This document shows positions 51,401-64,000 of a stretch of 64,000 bases of DNA, in pieces (the stretch's first letter is position 1; each line of letters begins with the position of its first letter). Under the pieces are notes generated by a model, which made no database searches, was not told the origin of the DNA, and worked only from the letters and a program-made list of their open reading frames with translations. The DNA comes from Catajapyx aquilonaris (Eukaryota), in assembly GCA_000934665.2 (NCBI GenBank), contig KZ537996.1, positions 186,001 through 250,000 of the forward strand. Direction: 5' to 3'. The position numbers and the translations under genes are program-made.

Positions 51401-54400
51401 CGTTTAGGGTCCAGAAAAGGAATCATTAGCGCTGCGTATTGCCTAAAAGAAATATGACGCCTATTATTACTAAGTTGACCGGTTTTAACTTATGTTTCCG
51501 CGGTATCTTGTTTACATAAATCATTCTGGGTACCGGTATGTAAAAGTACAAAAAAGTACACATATATTATTACATTATTCCTTTCATCTAGCGTAATTAA
51601 AGTGATGTCGTGTTTGCTTTTGCGTGCATCGAATTTGGCAGAGAAATAAGTTACACAGTTGAAATTTACACAAGACGCAAAAAGTGTTCTTATTCTGGCC
51701 TTGCAGCCATGATAAATGAGGATGCCATTAGACTTGGGATTGTTATAAGCGTGCAAGTTTTGAACGTTGTTTGGTTGTGCAATGGCCCGTACGCTCTGTA
51801 TAAGGATAGCTCTCTCCTTCCTTCTCCCTTTTATGGCTCTTCCAGCAGGAAAGTTGTATTATTTATTCCACCATTTCCTGTACGCTATGTTGCTATACGC
51901 CGCTGCTCCAAAAACCTCCCCCTCGAACATTTGTAATCTAAATATGGGGCTGCCGAAAGCTTTTCATGATTGATGTATTTTCCACAACGCTGCCTGCAGA
52001 TACGCTGCATTTAGAACCTAAAGTTGCGCGAACCCTATCTATATCATGCAAATGAAATTCATCGGATAGGAGGTGATCTGATAGGGAGGGTATCGAAAAC
52101 GATTCAGTTTCAATTTGCAACAATGCCTCCCAAATTAAACTGAATTGTTCCACTTGGATACAGGCAGTGTTAATTCAACCTAAGTGACTCCTTTAAAATC
52201 ATTAGCCTGACACACATCAAACCCATGCCCATAGGTTTTATCAGCAGAACATGTCTAACAGACGGGCACTGATCACAGTTAGGACAAAAGCATCGCTGAC
52301 AACATGTAGCAGTCTGCCCAATTGCAGATACGTCTACCTAATTGACTATTTCACCACCGTTATGAGGCACAAAACACCTTTTACTACGTTTGATTTCGAA
52401 TATGTGGGGACCTTTAAAATTGGACAATGTGACACTGATACTTGATAATTTTGCAATTCTGGCTAGATTACGTGTATGCACACAATTTCAACCATACGTG
52501 CACATAGTTCGGGTAAAAGACCTTTGCTGACAGGGCTTTTTTTTAAACTTCTTAACTTGTGTGGCACGGTTAAAATAATCATCCTCTAACATCTCCACGC
52601 CTGTCGTAAATCAGGCGCATATAAAGTCGTGGGTCTGAATCCACGCGAACCTCAAACACGGCCGATGATGTCCGTCAGGATGAATGCCCCATTTTAATTA
52701 CACGTTAGCGTCCCTGCTCTGGCGTGGAAGCCATATGTGGAGTGGACACGGGAGCCAGTCACCTCCGACAAAACCTTCATTTATCTCCTTGGCGCCCAGA
52801 TCACATAAATATTTCCCTTGCAGTAGCCAACAAAAGAAGGCTGTTCCTGTTCCAGGTTAACTTCTTCATGGGGTCCTAGCTAAATAAATCCTGGGAACAG
52901 TCCAGTTCAAGCATGCGATCTAGAATCTTTTGCATCTCTAACCCCCAGCAACCCTGCCCCTTCCTTTCAGAGGTAGTGATTTTTAATTGTATCAAAAGGC
53001 ACTCGATACGCTTACCCCTTTATAGTAACCCCCTTTTTTCAACACACATCCGTTGGAACAAGTTAGATTCCTATCGGGTATACTCTATATATACGGTCTA
53101 GTGCTGCGATTCCTATATATGTGCCAGACTTTTGATTTAGGGTTATATGCATCCTCCATCGAACACATGAGTTATACAGCTGGTTCGTTATATGAAAGTT
53201 GTGATAAAGAGGCCTTTTCATTGATACTCAAGGTGAGCGGCATTTTTCACTTTGTTTAGGACTAACAGACGCGAACATGAATTAATAAGCATGATCCCTA
53301 ATCTTCAGAAATCTTTGGCATGTTTTGAAGGCCCCATGTATGTATTGGCGTAAGCTTATATGGTAATTATTGCTTTTCAATACTATAGTATATGCGTGAA
53401 GTAGGTCACAAATAGATTACATCTACTGTTAAGAGAGCGCAATAATAAATTCTGCCCGCATAAAAGAGCATAAACAAGATCAATGTCCACTTCTCAAAGA
53501 ATAATTGACAGAGTTTTTGCATGTGATCTTATCCGCTTATAAATATGGCAAAAGTAACGATGTATTCTGGGAGAATTATAACTATTAATCCAGAGCCAGT
53601 ATTGTAGAATGCCTTTGCAGAATGTGGTGGTTTCTATAGCACCGCGGATAAGGCCTGCACAGCATTACACAACAGATACGAGGTAAACACTATCTGTAAC
53701 AAATTACCCAAAGGCCCGCGTATGTTAGGTAAAATGAAGCCCTCCAACTAATATTAAAGGTTATTCAAAAGAATATAATATAAAATTAATATTGTAGATA
53801 ACATTTTCTGGTTATATTCCATAATATTGTACACTTACCTATTTGCATACAGTTAAGCCATCAGTTTCCAGGAATTTATATAAGTAGGCTATACTATAGT
53901 GGAGTTACAGAGCACACCAAAACATTAATCGTAGGCTACTCTCACTTTGGAAACAAAAAGACAGCAGGCTCGGGATTGGGCTTACTGTCTTCTATAGTGT
54001 TGCCGTTTTCTAAAAAAAGTCTGCATTATTTATCAGGCAAGGATATGCTTATATAGGCCTACCTTATAATTATGACATTTGAGTCTAATATACACTATTA
54101 GGACACTGTGCTTCAATAATTCTCCCCTGCCGAATACAACTGTACTATTAATGTGTCAAGATGTTCATACGGGCTATAATATAGGAGCCGTCAATGTCGA
54201 TAATGTCGATAATCTGCAGATATTATAAGCTTCATTGTAACAATACGGATTATTTTATACAAAGATCTTGAGAACTCATTTTACACTTGCCAAATGCAAG
54301 TTCTTGGATTGCTGTGTTTGGTTTTGTGTATCAGGAAATAAAATCGTTTTGTAAATTTTTCCTCCAGTTTTGCTCCCTTATACAGTAATTTTGTACTACA

Positions 54401-54909
54401 CCCCATCATAACTGCTAACTGCTGGTAACAAAGTTTTATACTGCATTACAACAGGTAATGTGTCAAAAAATGGTCCGCTACGTGCGGTGACAATGAAAAA
54501 GTAGCCTACTTGTCACACTATATATAGGACATACCATTATAGGTTTCGCGAAAAATAACAAGAATACTATTTTTGTGCCTATCCCTCCTGGGCTTGAGCG
54601 CAACTTCAGTATCAAAAACGTATGGTGTCATGAAGCGAAATTTTGCAAAAGACTTGAATAAAACCACAATATGTGAAATTTCTGTCGGGTTTATATGGAA
54701 TCATCTTTTAATAAAACAATAACTTATAACATGGCTAAATTTTATTTCTAATCTAGATTTATGACAGCATTTCAAAAGTAAGTAGCGTTTGACTGCAAGA
54801 TGAACAATATCCGCATCATGATGGCTACACTACTGCACACACATTTTCTAACTCTGGTAGCTGATTTTGTAAGTCCATGTCGAGCACTCTCACAGCCAAA
54901 CCCATTCTT

Positions 54910-55127
54910 TCGCCCCTTGGTCACTCCCTATAGGCTTTCTCCTAACAAAGGATTTGTGTAGGTGGCAAGGCCTGCATGGGTCTGGACCATGGTATAGAAT
55001 CTATAGACTGTTTGAAAGACGCTCAAAGACGTTCCACTTGAACTGTTAGAGAAGGCCGCAGGAAAATATTTGGATGTGCATGGCAGGCCTTACACGGTCA
55101 TTACCTCAAGACTCGTTGAGCACCCTG
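54910..55127 (+). pseudogene. Possible decayed Tc1/mariner transposase 3' end
   Basis: Fragments PWSLPIGF..KGFV*VARP and KDVPLELLEK loosely resemble PRSPDLTPLDF..K..VY..KP and I..EML. Ends in CACCCTG (55121-55127). Confidence 0.35.
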
Positions 55128-58100
55128 ACAATTGTAAGGACCTTTAATCGGCTTGATTTTAACCTGCAGAAAATATTTGCCTCAGTATATTATAGTGGCC
55201 AAGAGGCAAAGGAATATGTTTGACTTCGAAAAAGGGCTTACAAAATCTGATACTATACAGATTTCAAAAATGCTTTGGTCTGCATTACAGCAGTATGTTT
55301 GTGTGCCATTACTTTGCTATGTTGATTATTGGGGAAAACGTTCTGTAAAAATATGGACAAACGGTACTTACTTACATGAAAAGACACAATCATCTGATGG
55401 TGTGAGGGCATTACTTATGGAGATAAAGATTGCGAATTTTTAAATGTGATCCTCTAGTGTAGTTAATGGAAAACTGTATTATTGAAAGCAAATAATTTAA
55501 AATGCCTTCTTCATAATGCTCAGTGTTAGATGACAAGTGTAACTTAAGAGTTCGTAAGGTGGATATTACTGCCTGTTTTTTGCTTTATTCATTTTAATTA
55601 ATGTAATTGTTGCAGGGACTAAATATTATAGGCATGTAAATAGTCTAAAAATAAAAGTTGAAGCGCGTCTTCCTCATTATAACAAGATGAAGATTGTTTA
55701 TACTTATTTTTAATTCTCCTAAATGTAAAAAATAGTGATAATCCGGAGTATTATCTATATAATTATAGTCACAAGATTGCAATAAGATATGAACAGTTGA
55801 ACATGCATATAAATTCATAGGTTCATACATTGGCTAAATTAACCGGTATACAGTTTAGGCTTATGTATACACACTGTTGCGCAATTTACAGTTACCTGGA
55901 AAGTAAAGCAACATTGGTTTAGCCGCTGCTGATGTATTTGTTGACGCTGATCTAAGTATATATTCAACTCCCCCCCCCCCNCCCCCCCCCACACACACAC
56001 AATTAATTAGTAGTTTAATAGAACCTAACTACGCTATGTGAAAGATTCAAGAAAATTGGCAGAAAATCGCATACACGTCAAGGAAAAATGGAACACTGCA
56101 TGTATAACATTAAGTTGGAAAATGAGCCATCTGATTTTAAATAATTTGCCTAGGCTTGAATCTTAGGCAAAAATATTCCTGCCAAAATCCTTGAGCTGTC
56201 GCATAATGTCAATTCCTTTTTCTAGAGTCATTCAATATTCCGCATAATAACGCCACGGTCGTGATGTGGCATCACAACGGTCTTGTTTGTTGCATGGTAG
56301 TTACTTTCTTTGAAAGTGATAAACAGTATTAGATTGCTACACCATCACCATTTACATTCTGCTTCAAAATTACGGACGTAATCACAAAAAATACAGTTGC
56401 AAAAATAGGCATATCTCAGCACCGATCATAAACTCGCGATGAGTATAGCACATCAATTTTAGTGACAATCAGGTTGTGTCTAATTTCTATTGTAGTTTTC
56501 ATCATAATGATGAACAATCGAATAAATCCCAAAGGAAGGGCACAGGTAAATTAACATTATGTTAGTAGCCTACAGCTCAGTGCACTATTATTGTAGGAAC
56601 TAGACGGGCTCGCTGCGTATATGCCACGAATTTTTGTTTTAACAGTTATTGCAGTTTATCAATTGCATCTTTGCATGTGTTGCCATGTTTGAGGTTATTA
56701 TAGCACTGTTGTAATCTGATTGCAAACTACACCATACTATCAATGACAGCGTTCTAACCTTACTATAGTAAAAGATGGTCAAAGTGGTGCCCTAATGCCA
56801 AAAATAGTGTAGCTAAATTACCCAAAAACAATATATAGAAACTAAAAGCAACAAAAACCTATAATTATCCCGGTTTAGGCAGAAACATGTAGAATTTCCA
56901 TTTAAAATCTATAAATATTATTGCTTTTTAAACATTCACTAGAACATGTAATGGAACAATATATTGCCTGTGATACAGTCAATATTTTGTTTTTGCTATT
57001 GTTGTAAAATTTTGTGATGCCATTCGTTGTCTCACCCCAATGGCCACTGTGCTGCCCACAGGGTAACAAATAAAAATAAATAAACAACTAATGGAACAAT
57101 ATTATACATACAGTAGTAAGTTATAACAGTATGTTCACAAATACCTATGAATTAATAATAGAATACGTCACCTTTGAAAAACCCTATGTATATAATGGCT
57201 TGCGTACTGTACCATAACCCGCATTGATCAGGAAGTTACTCGATTCCAGAAGTTATCATAATTATTTAATTCCATCAATCTGCATCAGCTATTCTTTCAG
57301 AATATCCGACAACAACTGCAGGAAACTCGGTAGCAACAACTAGCATGTTCCACCCCAATAATTCGTATCCACCTTGCGAAACCCCACCATCAGAAAAACA
57401 ACACGCCACCAGTCCCACCGATTTTCCATCATTACAATCAGCCAGCAAGTTTGACACGAACAAGCTTATGAGCTGATTACACCCCACTGTAAACGAACCG
57501 TTTCAATCACTGACCATGTTGCGTGACTCTTCCATGAACCCGAGACGTGTACGCAACACGCACTTGTGTGACATTCATTGCAGATTAAACAAGCACCATA
57601 TCCGAAACCAGCATCCAACGTGTGTGGTTTGTAGTCCAATATGTATATATAAATTTTAGGTTGGAGCATTTCTGACGATTGATCCTAGCTTGGAAGCTGG
57701 ACTAAAAACACACGGAACATTAGAACACCGGCGGCCATTTCCAGAGGCTGCACTCCAATTTCGGCGAGAACGGGAGTCATGCAGGCCTCCGGATCATTTG
57801 AATGTGGGCGGTGGGGGAAATAGCATTCTAAGCCTATCGCGGCCACCAAAGGCGTTGGGAGCTCCCCCACGCATCTATTTCCTTCTGGAGCAATCTCCAG
57901 GCCAAATCTAACTCCTTTTTTCCTCCCCTCCTTCCTTCCTTCTCTTTCTTTTCTCTCTCTTCCTTGCAAGCCGCGGCCGCCTTTTCCCGATGAGAAGACT
58001 TGGCGCAAATTTGCTGCCAGACTCACGTCCCTGCCGTATTTTTCTGATCACGGAGAGCCTGCAAACAACACTCCAATGACCTGTGTGGAATTTATCAGAG

Positions 58101-60764
58101 GGCTAACTCCCCATAGTGGATCTTCCAGTGAAATTACGACGCTGGTGCAAGCATCTTTTTTTATTTCTCGCAGGAAATCGGCCTTTGGTCCTCATGCTTT
58201 TTCATCAAGTATCTTTGCCGCATATGTGGATATCCAGATTATGTTTCAACCTAATTTATACGTGAGGGAATGCACCAACTAATATCACAAATCATGACTC
58301 ACTTATCTCCTACTGCTCATAGAAGGCGATCCGGCTGTAATTTAGTGGGCACGACGTTGTAATGAGGTAGATATCAACTAATAGCATCGTAAAAAAACAC
58401 GTTTCGTCTTACCTCTTGGGTGGTCTCAGACCCCAAAAGATTGTTTCTAAATGGGCGGAACAAAAAGGAGTGACAAGGACGAACTAGTTACCCTGGCATA
58501 CATTGACTGAATTACAAGAATAAATTCACCTGCGGATTATTTCATGGAGTAGAGAACAATTCTACCCCCCCTTTTTTTCTTTCTTTCTCTGCAAAGGAAG
58601 AGTGTGCTAACTTAAATTTCATGAGTTCACATTCGCTCACTATGCAAATAGGCAGTCGTTTCTTTTTACAACGTAGCGAATCTATCTAAAAGCAGCATGG
58701 GCTCCAAGAAAAGGAGGGGGTGGGATGGAAAGAAAAAAAAAGGGGGGGCAGAAAGAGGAAAAAGAAGAAGAAAAAAATTGCTATCGCTTGCAAGTAGGCT
58801 GAGAGAGGAAGCTAACGAAGCGAAAGGAAAGAAAGTTGGTATCCGGAGAATCCTCTTAGCCCCGGAGTTGGGGGAGCGGTAGGGTATATATATAGGGTCT
58901 GGTATGGGTGGGTGGAAGGGTGGAAGGGGCGGAAAAATCATGAGGAGAGGAGGATTTTTCTGGCCGGAGGAAGGGCGGCGAACTTTCACGCTAGAGCGAA
59001 ATGACGGAGCAAGACGCCAATTTCAGATGTAAGAATAAAAGATGGAGCTCGTAAATTCAGGCGGAATGCGTAGGTCTAACACATCTTTGCCCTAGCCGCC
59101 CCGTAAGTTCAAGATGGCGTGAACTCAAATGGCTATGGGAGGAGAGGAGCGCCCTCTCTCTCCCTTGCCTTCTACCCACACTTTGATTTCGGCAGCATTT
59201 ATCTTGGGGGCCCCGCGACTCTCCCCTCTTTTGTTATCAAACCCCCATTATCAAGATCTCTTTGTCTCTTTACATTGTCTCCCTTCCTCGAAAACGCATA
59301 TCCTTAGTTTGGAAGGCCATCTTTAAGCCCTCCGAGGTGGTGAACCACTTTTCTGGGGGTCCTGAAGTGTGGGGGGGAGGGTATCCTAAAGCCCATTGGC
59401 TCCATGTAGGGACCCCCACAAAAGGGGGGACGCCAGAAAAGAGAAGTTATGCAGTATCCTTCGTTGTCTTCCATTTTTGGCCCCCCCTCGAAGGCCACAA
59501 GACAAAAGGGACCCCGACTCTTTCTGTCGTTGGGTCACTAACCTAACCTCCCACCTCGCTCGTTTTCAACGCCTTGCCTTGCCAACTCTTCTTCCCTTCC
59601 ATCTTTCCCCTCATTTTACAGCCCATTAAGCTGTACAGATTGGGTTCCATGACTCTTTCTGTCACCTCCATGCATCGGCAGACGTCATTTTGGGTCCTGT
59701 TAGTTTGACCATTTTTCATGCCGGACTTGGACACGTCAGCAAGCCTATCTGCATTACACAGTGCCATCATGCATCCAGTACATACGCACAGTATTATTCA
59801 GAATATCACGTCACACAAACTGCCATTTTGGAAAATTATAGTGCAGCATACACATGTCCAACTTTTTTTCCCCCCACAACACAGCTCCCTCTCTACCCTG
59901 CAATTTGGACACGTGTGGGATTAACTGCCAGGCCGGTACTATAAACACTAATCACTCGATGGGTTGGCTGCTCAGTGATCCTGTGCCATTGGAGCGCATT
60001 GTTTCATTTCATGGTGGTTGTCCACAGGGGTAGCCCCCAACCAATAAAATATTCCATATGAAATTGCTCAGTTTTGCGGAAATGCTGTAGAAATCAAAGG
60101 TGGCAGTTACGACCCCATTATTTTTCAGTCCCTCACCTGCCGGGATGACTGGGTGGGCCCATCGACTGACCAATGGTCGACTCCCCTTCTTACCTGCATG
60201 GCGGCGCAGCATTTACGTGCCTAATGAATGGGTGCAAACAGGATCGACCAATAGGCTAGCCGGGCTTCTCCAAAAGCCCCCTCCAAAAAACCGGCGGCCT
60301 TTGTGAACACGTGGGAAAAAGGAATGGCCGCCGACTAAACGTTGCCACATTGGGTCAGTTCAGCAAAACACTAGTTTGGTAATCATACTGACCATCTGCA
60401 TTCTAGTCCAGGAAAAGCTGAGGTGGTTTTCCCCCCTTCTGTTTTTTTTTGGGTGGTGTGTGTGTCTGTATGTGTGACACACCCACTTGGTCCCCCTAGT
60501 CTCCCCAACCCCCCAACTTGGTCAATATTGGCGCTGCAATTCCCTGGTGAGCCGTGCCAGCCCCAGTTCTCTTTTCACAGCAGAGGAGCGACGTGACGGG
60601 AAAAGGCGAAAACTTTCAATCAAGCGCGTCCCAAGTCTGTGCTTTTCCTTCCCCAACTTTCATGATGGGAATTTCTTAGACTCCTTGCCTTTAAAAAAAA
60701 ACGGAAAAAAGACCAAATCTGCCCAAATTTTGCTCCAGCCGTTATAAAAAGCTGCAAGATCAAA

Positions 60765-60808
60765 CTGGTCGAATTTGGAATAGTCTGGCCGAATTTGGAA
60801 TAGTCTGG
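60765..60808. repeat. 20-bp tandem duplication
   Basis: CTGGTCGAATTTGGAATAGT CTGGCCGAATTTGGAATAGT CTGG. Confidence 0.9.
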
Positions 60809-62227
60809 ATCATTGCACTTCCAATAGACCAGATTCTGGATGGCTCCAGGGAGTATTCGAGTGCAAACTCTGTGAGATAGAATTTGCTTAAGTTGTTCAA
60901 AATCAATTCTTGTTACTCTGCACCCACATTTTTAAATAAGCAGTGTATGTAAGAAGGTTGAATTAAAGAGGTCGAATATATATGCACGAAAAGGAAGATC
61001 TGGCCCCATTTTCCCCCTCTCTGCCGCCTCTTCTCTTTCTCTCTCACTCTCCCTAGCCTTCCATTCAAGTCCCCGTTTAGGAAATTTACCACCAGGAGGT
61101 AAAGGTTGGAAATGGGCCTTTAATATTTCTCCCCAAATGGTGAAAATCGCTGACCAAACCTCCTTGGGGTGTGATTTGCACGCCAAACTTCCGCTATCAA
61201 TGGGAAAGCGCTTTCAAGTTTGGAGCAGGGAAGAAGGGAAAGAAGAAGAAGAAGAAAAAAAAAGAATAAAAGGAGAGGAAGAGAGAGGCTAGAGGATTAT
61301 AACTGCTAAGTTGCACCAAGCTCTCTCTTTTTTCCCCCTTTTATTTCTTCTTCTTGAGCCGGCTCTTCGGAAGACAATGGAGAGGCCAATAATGGCCGAT
61401 GCAATGCGAATCCGACCCCCCCATGCTGCTCAGCCCAAGATGCATTGCGATTGTTTCCAGGTCGTGGGTAGGGGGAGGGGGGTAGGATTACAAGCCGCGC
61501 CTGCGACATGGCACAAAAGGCCTCATTCCCAGCCATTTTTCTTCCGTTTTACGGGGATTAATCGAGTTTAGCCTTGCAAGTCGCGACTGGACCCGGATCT
61601 TCCCAACGACCCGAATGCTACCTTTTAAGCCCTCTCCTGCGCCTCACGGACAAAAATTAGATTACTGGGAAGCGACACGCCAGCTCCTTCTAGTCCATCC
61701 ACGTTCAGATATAATTGGGACGAAGGAAACACACGCCTTGGAGAAGAAAAAAAATTACAGTGGGAAATGCAGCTCAACAATTGAAACGCGAGCAGGGAAT
61801 ACATGTGTAGATATAGAGTGCACAATTATAACTGGAAGTAAAGCTTGGTTTTACTGTACTGAAAATGGAGCGGTGCGACCCTAGACAGCTCAATAACGGC
61901 ACCATTTCGAGTCGTGAACTCTAATCTTAGGCTTAAGGCTGAAAATCCGGGGATATCTGGGCATGCCATATTGCGGTCGGCATTTAGAAAGGCTCCACCG
62001 GCGCTTCCGTCAAACCGTCCCCAAGATTACCGGCTAATCCGGTTGCCGTTGCATTTCCCGGATTGCACTTTCAATTTCCGCCTATTTACGGTATACGCCT
62101 GACTCTACGTCTCATTTTCAGTCTGTATGGTATGGCTCGTAGTTATTCCTTTTTTACCACCTCCCCAAATGCGGTATACGAATGACTATACATATAGCCT
62201 AGCTGTCGTCACAGCTTCTGCGTTATA

Positions 62228-62544
62228 CAGGGTGTTTCAACTTTTTTGTCCGAACAGTTATCGGAAAATTGCACGTAGCTGCTACTTTGTAAGCCAGTGA
62301 CTTGCAAAGGGAATATTCCCTGCGTATCGTAGGTTGAAGTGGCATACGTGCTGCCCGCTGAAAATTGAGGGTCAAGCCTGGAAAAAAGAGGGTCACACAT
62401 GCCATGGGATGTGTGATCCTCTCTTTCCCCATTCCCCATTCCCCGTTCCTCCGACAAATCATCCGTTGCAAGTCACTGCTTCAAAAGTAGCGGCTACGTG
62501 CAATTTTCCGATAACTGTTCGGACAAAAAAGTTGAAACACCATG
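62228..62544. mobile_element. Tc1/mariner-type MITE with about 80-bp arms
   Basis: TA|CAGGGTGTTTCAACTTTTTTGTCCGAACAGTTATCGGAAAATTGCACGTAGC... pairs with ...GCTACGTGCAATTTTCCGATAACTGTTCGGACAAAAAAGTTGAAACACCATG. Confidence 0.9.
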
Positions 62545-63709
62545 GTAGGCCTATATGACTCAATAGTGGTACGGTAATGCTTCCATATACATTGGGACTT
62601 TGACTCGACGATTTCATAACAATGTGCTTTTTTTCTTACCTATATACTGTATAAGCTACCGGTACTGTCAAACTCAACCGATTTTTTCCTACCCTATATA
62701 AACCAACTCTTTAAGATTTTAAAATGATGATTTGGAATGTTTTAAAAGGGGTACCGGTACCGTAGGCTATATGCTGCTCAAATGTAATTTCCGTACACCA
62801 ACTTTATACGTCCAAATAATGTGGAAATATGGCTATCTGAAATTAATTTGCACGAATAAATTACACCTTCACAGCTTAAGAAAATTTATGTTACTGCTGT
62901 AATTTTGTAGGCCACAAAACCCCTCTTTAGCAATAACACAGGCGGCAGAAAATTATTTTGAAATTTTGTACAGCAAAGTGAGTCAATGTCACCGCCCATG
63001 ATTGCATCAGCTTCGAAATGCACATGTACTAATAACGTCTGAAATGAGACGATTCTAAGAAACGACTTAATCCAAAATTCGACATACCGGTATTATAAAG
63101 AATTGTTTATTATGCATATTATTTTCTGTTAGAGTATCTGATTTTTTACGTGCTTGCTGCATATTTTGTTGTTATAATAAACCGTCAGCATGTTCAACAA
63201 ATATTCGCAATGTAATATGTTTCTGTACAGAGTGGGTTTGACTTGCTACTTTCCACGTGGTTGCGTGAGTTTGCTAATATATGCCTGCTGTGGCATTGTT
63301 TCGTGCAATATAAATTACCACTTTATTAATATTAAGCTAAACAACATAATACTTGCTTCAACATTCTTTGCATGAGCGACGGCAAGAGTTGCCATGGCAT
63401 TTTGTACCTTGTATCATTATTCTCCCTGCCACTCCGTGTCATTGCACCAGTAAGACTCATGTCATTCATTCACACGCACCCATAAACATCAGGGCGTTTC
63501 CTTATACAAAAAAATGTCGGCACGCGTGTGGACATGACCATTTCCGTAGAATATCTGCCAAGTTTACTTAATTGATGGTACAGTATATTCCTGTAATTTT
63601 GTTTCGCTATCTTATTGTCAATCTGATTGTGGTTTTAACAATCCTGCAGACTTGATAACTTTGTTGCCATTGCATCAAGCATGCTTTATTGCGTCAAGCT
63701 ATTATTGAG

Positions 63710-63838
63710 GGCCGGGTTCACCGAGCTCGGTATATGATAAAACCAGGTCTCTTTATATAGGAAAGTCCAAACAAATATGTTGGGATTTTCCGAAAGAACC
63801 CAGGTTTTATCATATTACCGTGCTCGGTGAAACCAGCC
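63710..63838. mobile_element. PIF/Harbinger (Tourist-like) MITE
   Basis: GGCCGGGTTCACCGAGCTCGGTATATGATAAAACC... pairs with ...GGTTTTATCATATTACCGTGCTCGGTGAAACCAGCC. TGA(G) is duplicated at 63706-63709 and 63839-63842. Confidence 0.78.
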
Positions 63839-64000
63839 TGAGTTGAATTTGTGTTCAATCCCTCCTATGTGAACTTGGCTCTTTTTTTATATTGGGATCG
63901 TGATCATAACCAACCGAATATTTTGAACAATGGACAATGTTTAGAATGTGTTAGATTTAATGCATATAACGTGGGTGGTGACCAATGCTCGAAACTTCGC

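Noticed and set aside
51898..51943. Similarity to the SINE B end and flank at 46126-46170
   Set aside because: The exact core is only 12 bp, which is expected by chance in 64 kb.
8133..59055. Many TCGTAAA (Abd-B/Caudal-like) sites suggesting a Hox cluster
   Set aside because: About 16 seen versus roughly 13 expected by a crude estimate, and no homeobox exon or Hox miRNA was found.
20551..60808. CRISPR-like arrays
   Set aside because: The only short direct repeats are 2-3 adjacent units with no spacers, there are no cas genes, and the context is eukaryotic.

Overview
This is AT-rich eukaryotic, apparently non-coding DNA. It is most likely from an insect, inferred from a SINE core motif resembling locust/termite SINEs and from the Tc1/mariner content. 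I recognise no intact protein-coding gene, tRNA/rRNA gene or CRISPR array, and the ORF track looks like noise. The supportable content is: two tRNA-derived SINE families (2 copies each, one family with clear target-site duplications); about ten hairpin-forming MITE/foldback elements, many with Tc1/mariner-type TA|CAGGGTG ends; three decayed Tc1/mariner transposase remnants; a hAT-like insertion; (TAA)n microsatellites; one perfect 58-bp palindrome; and an assembly gap. Unique stretches between repeats carry CTCF-like, octamer and core-promoter-like motifs, which would fit a large intron or the regulatory landscape of a developmental gene (inference only). I did not find a previously undescribed biological system that I can support. 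The findings are modest leads, read by eye without alignment or database tools.
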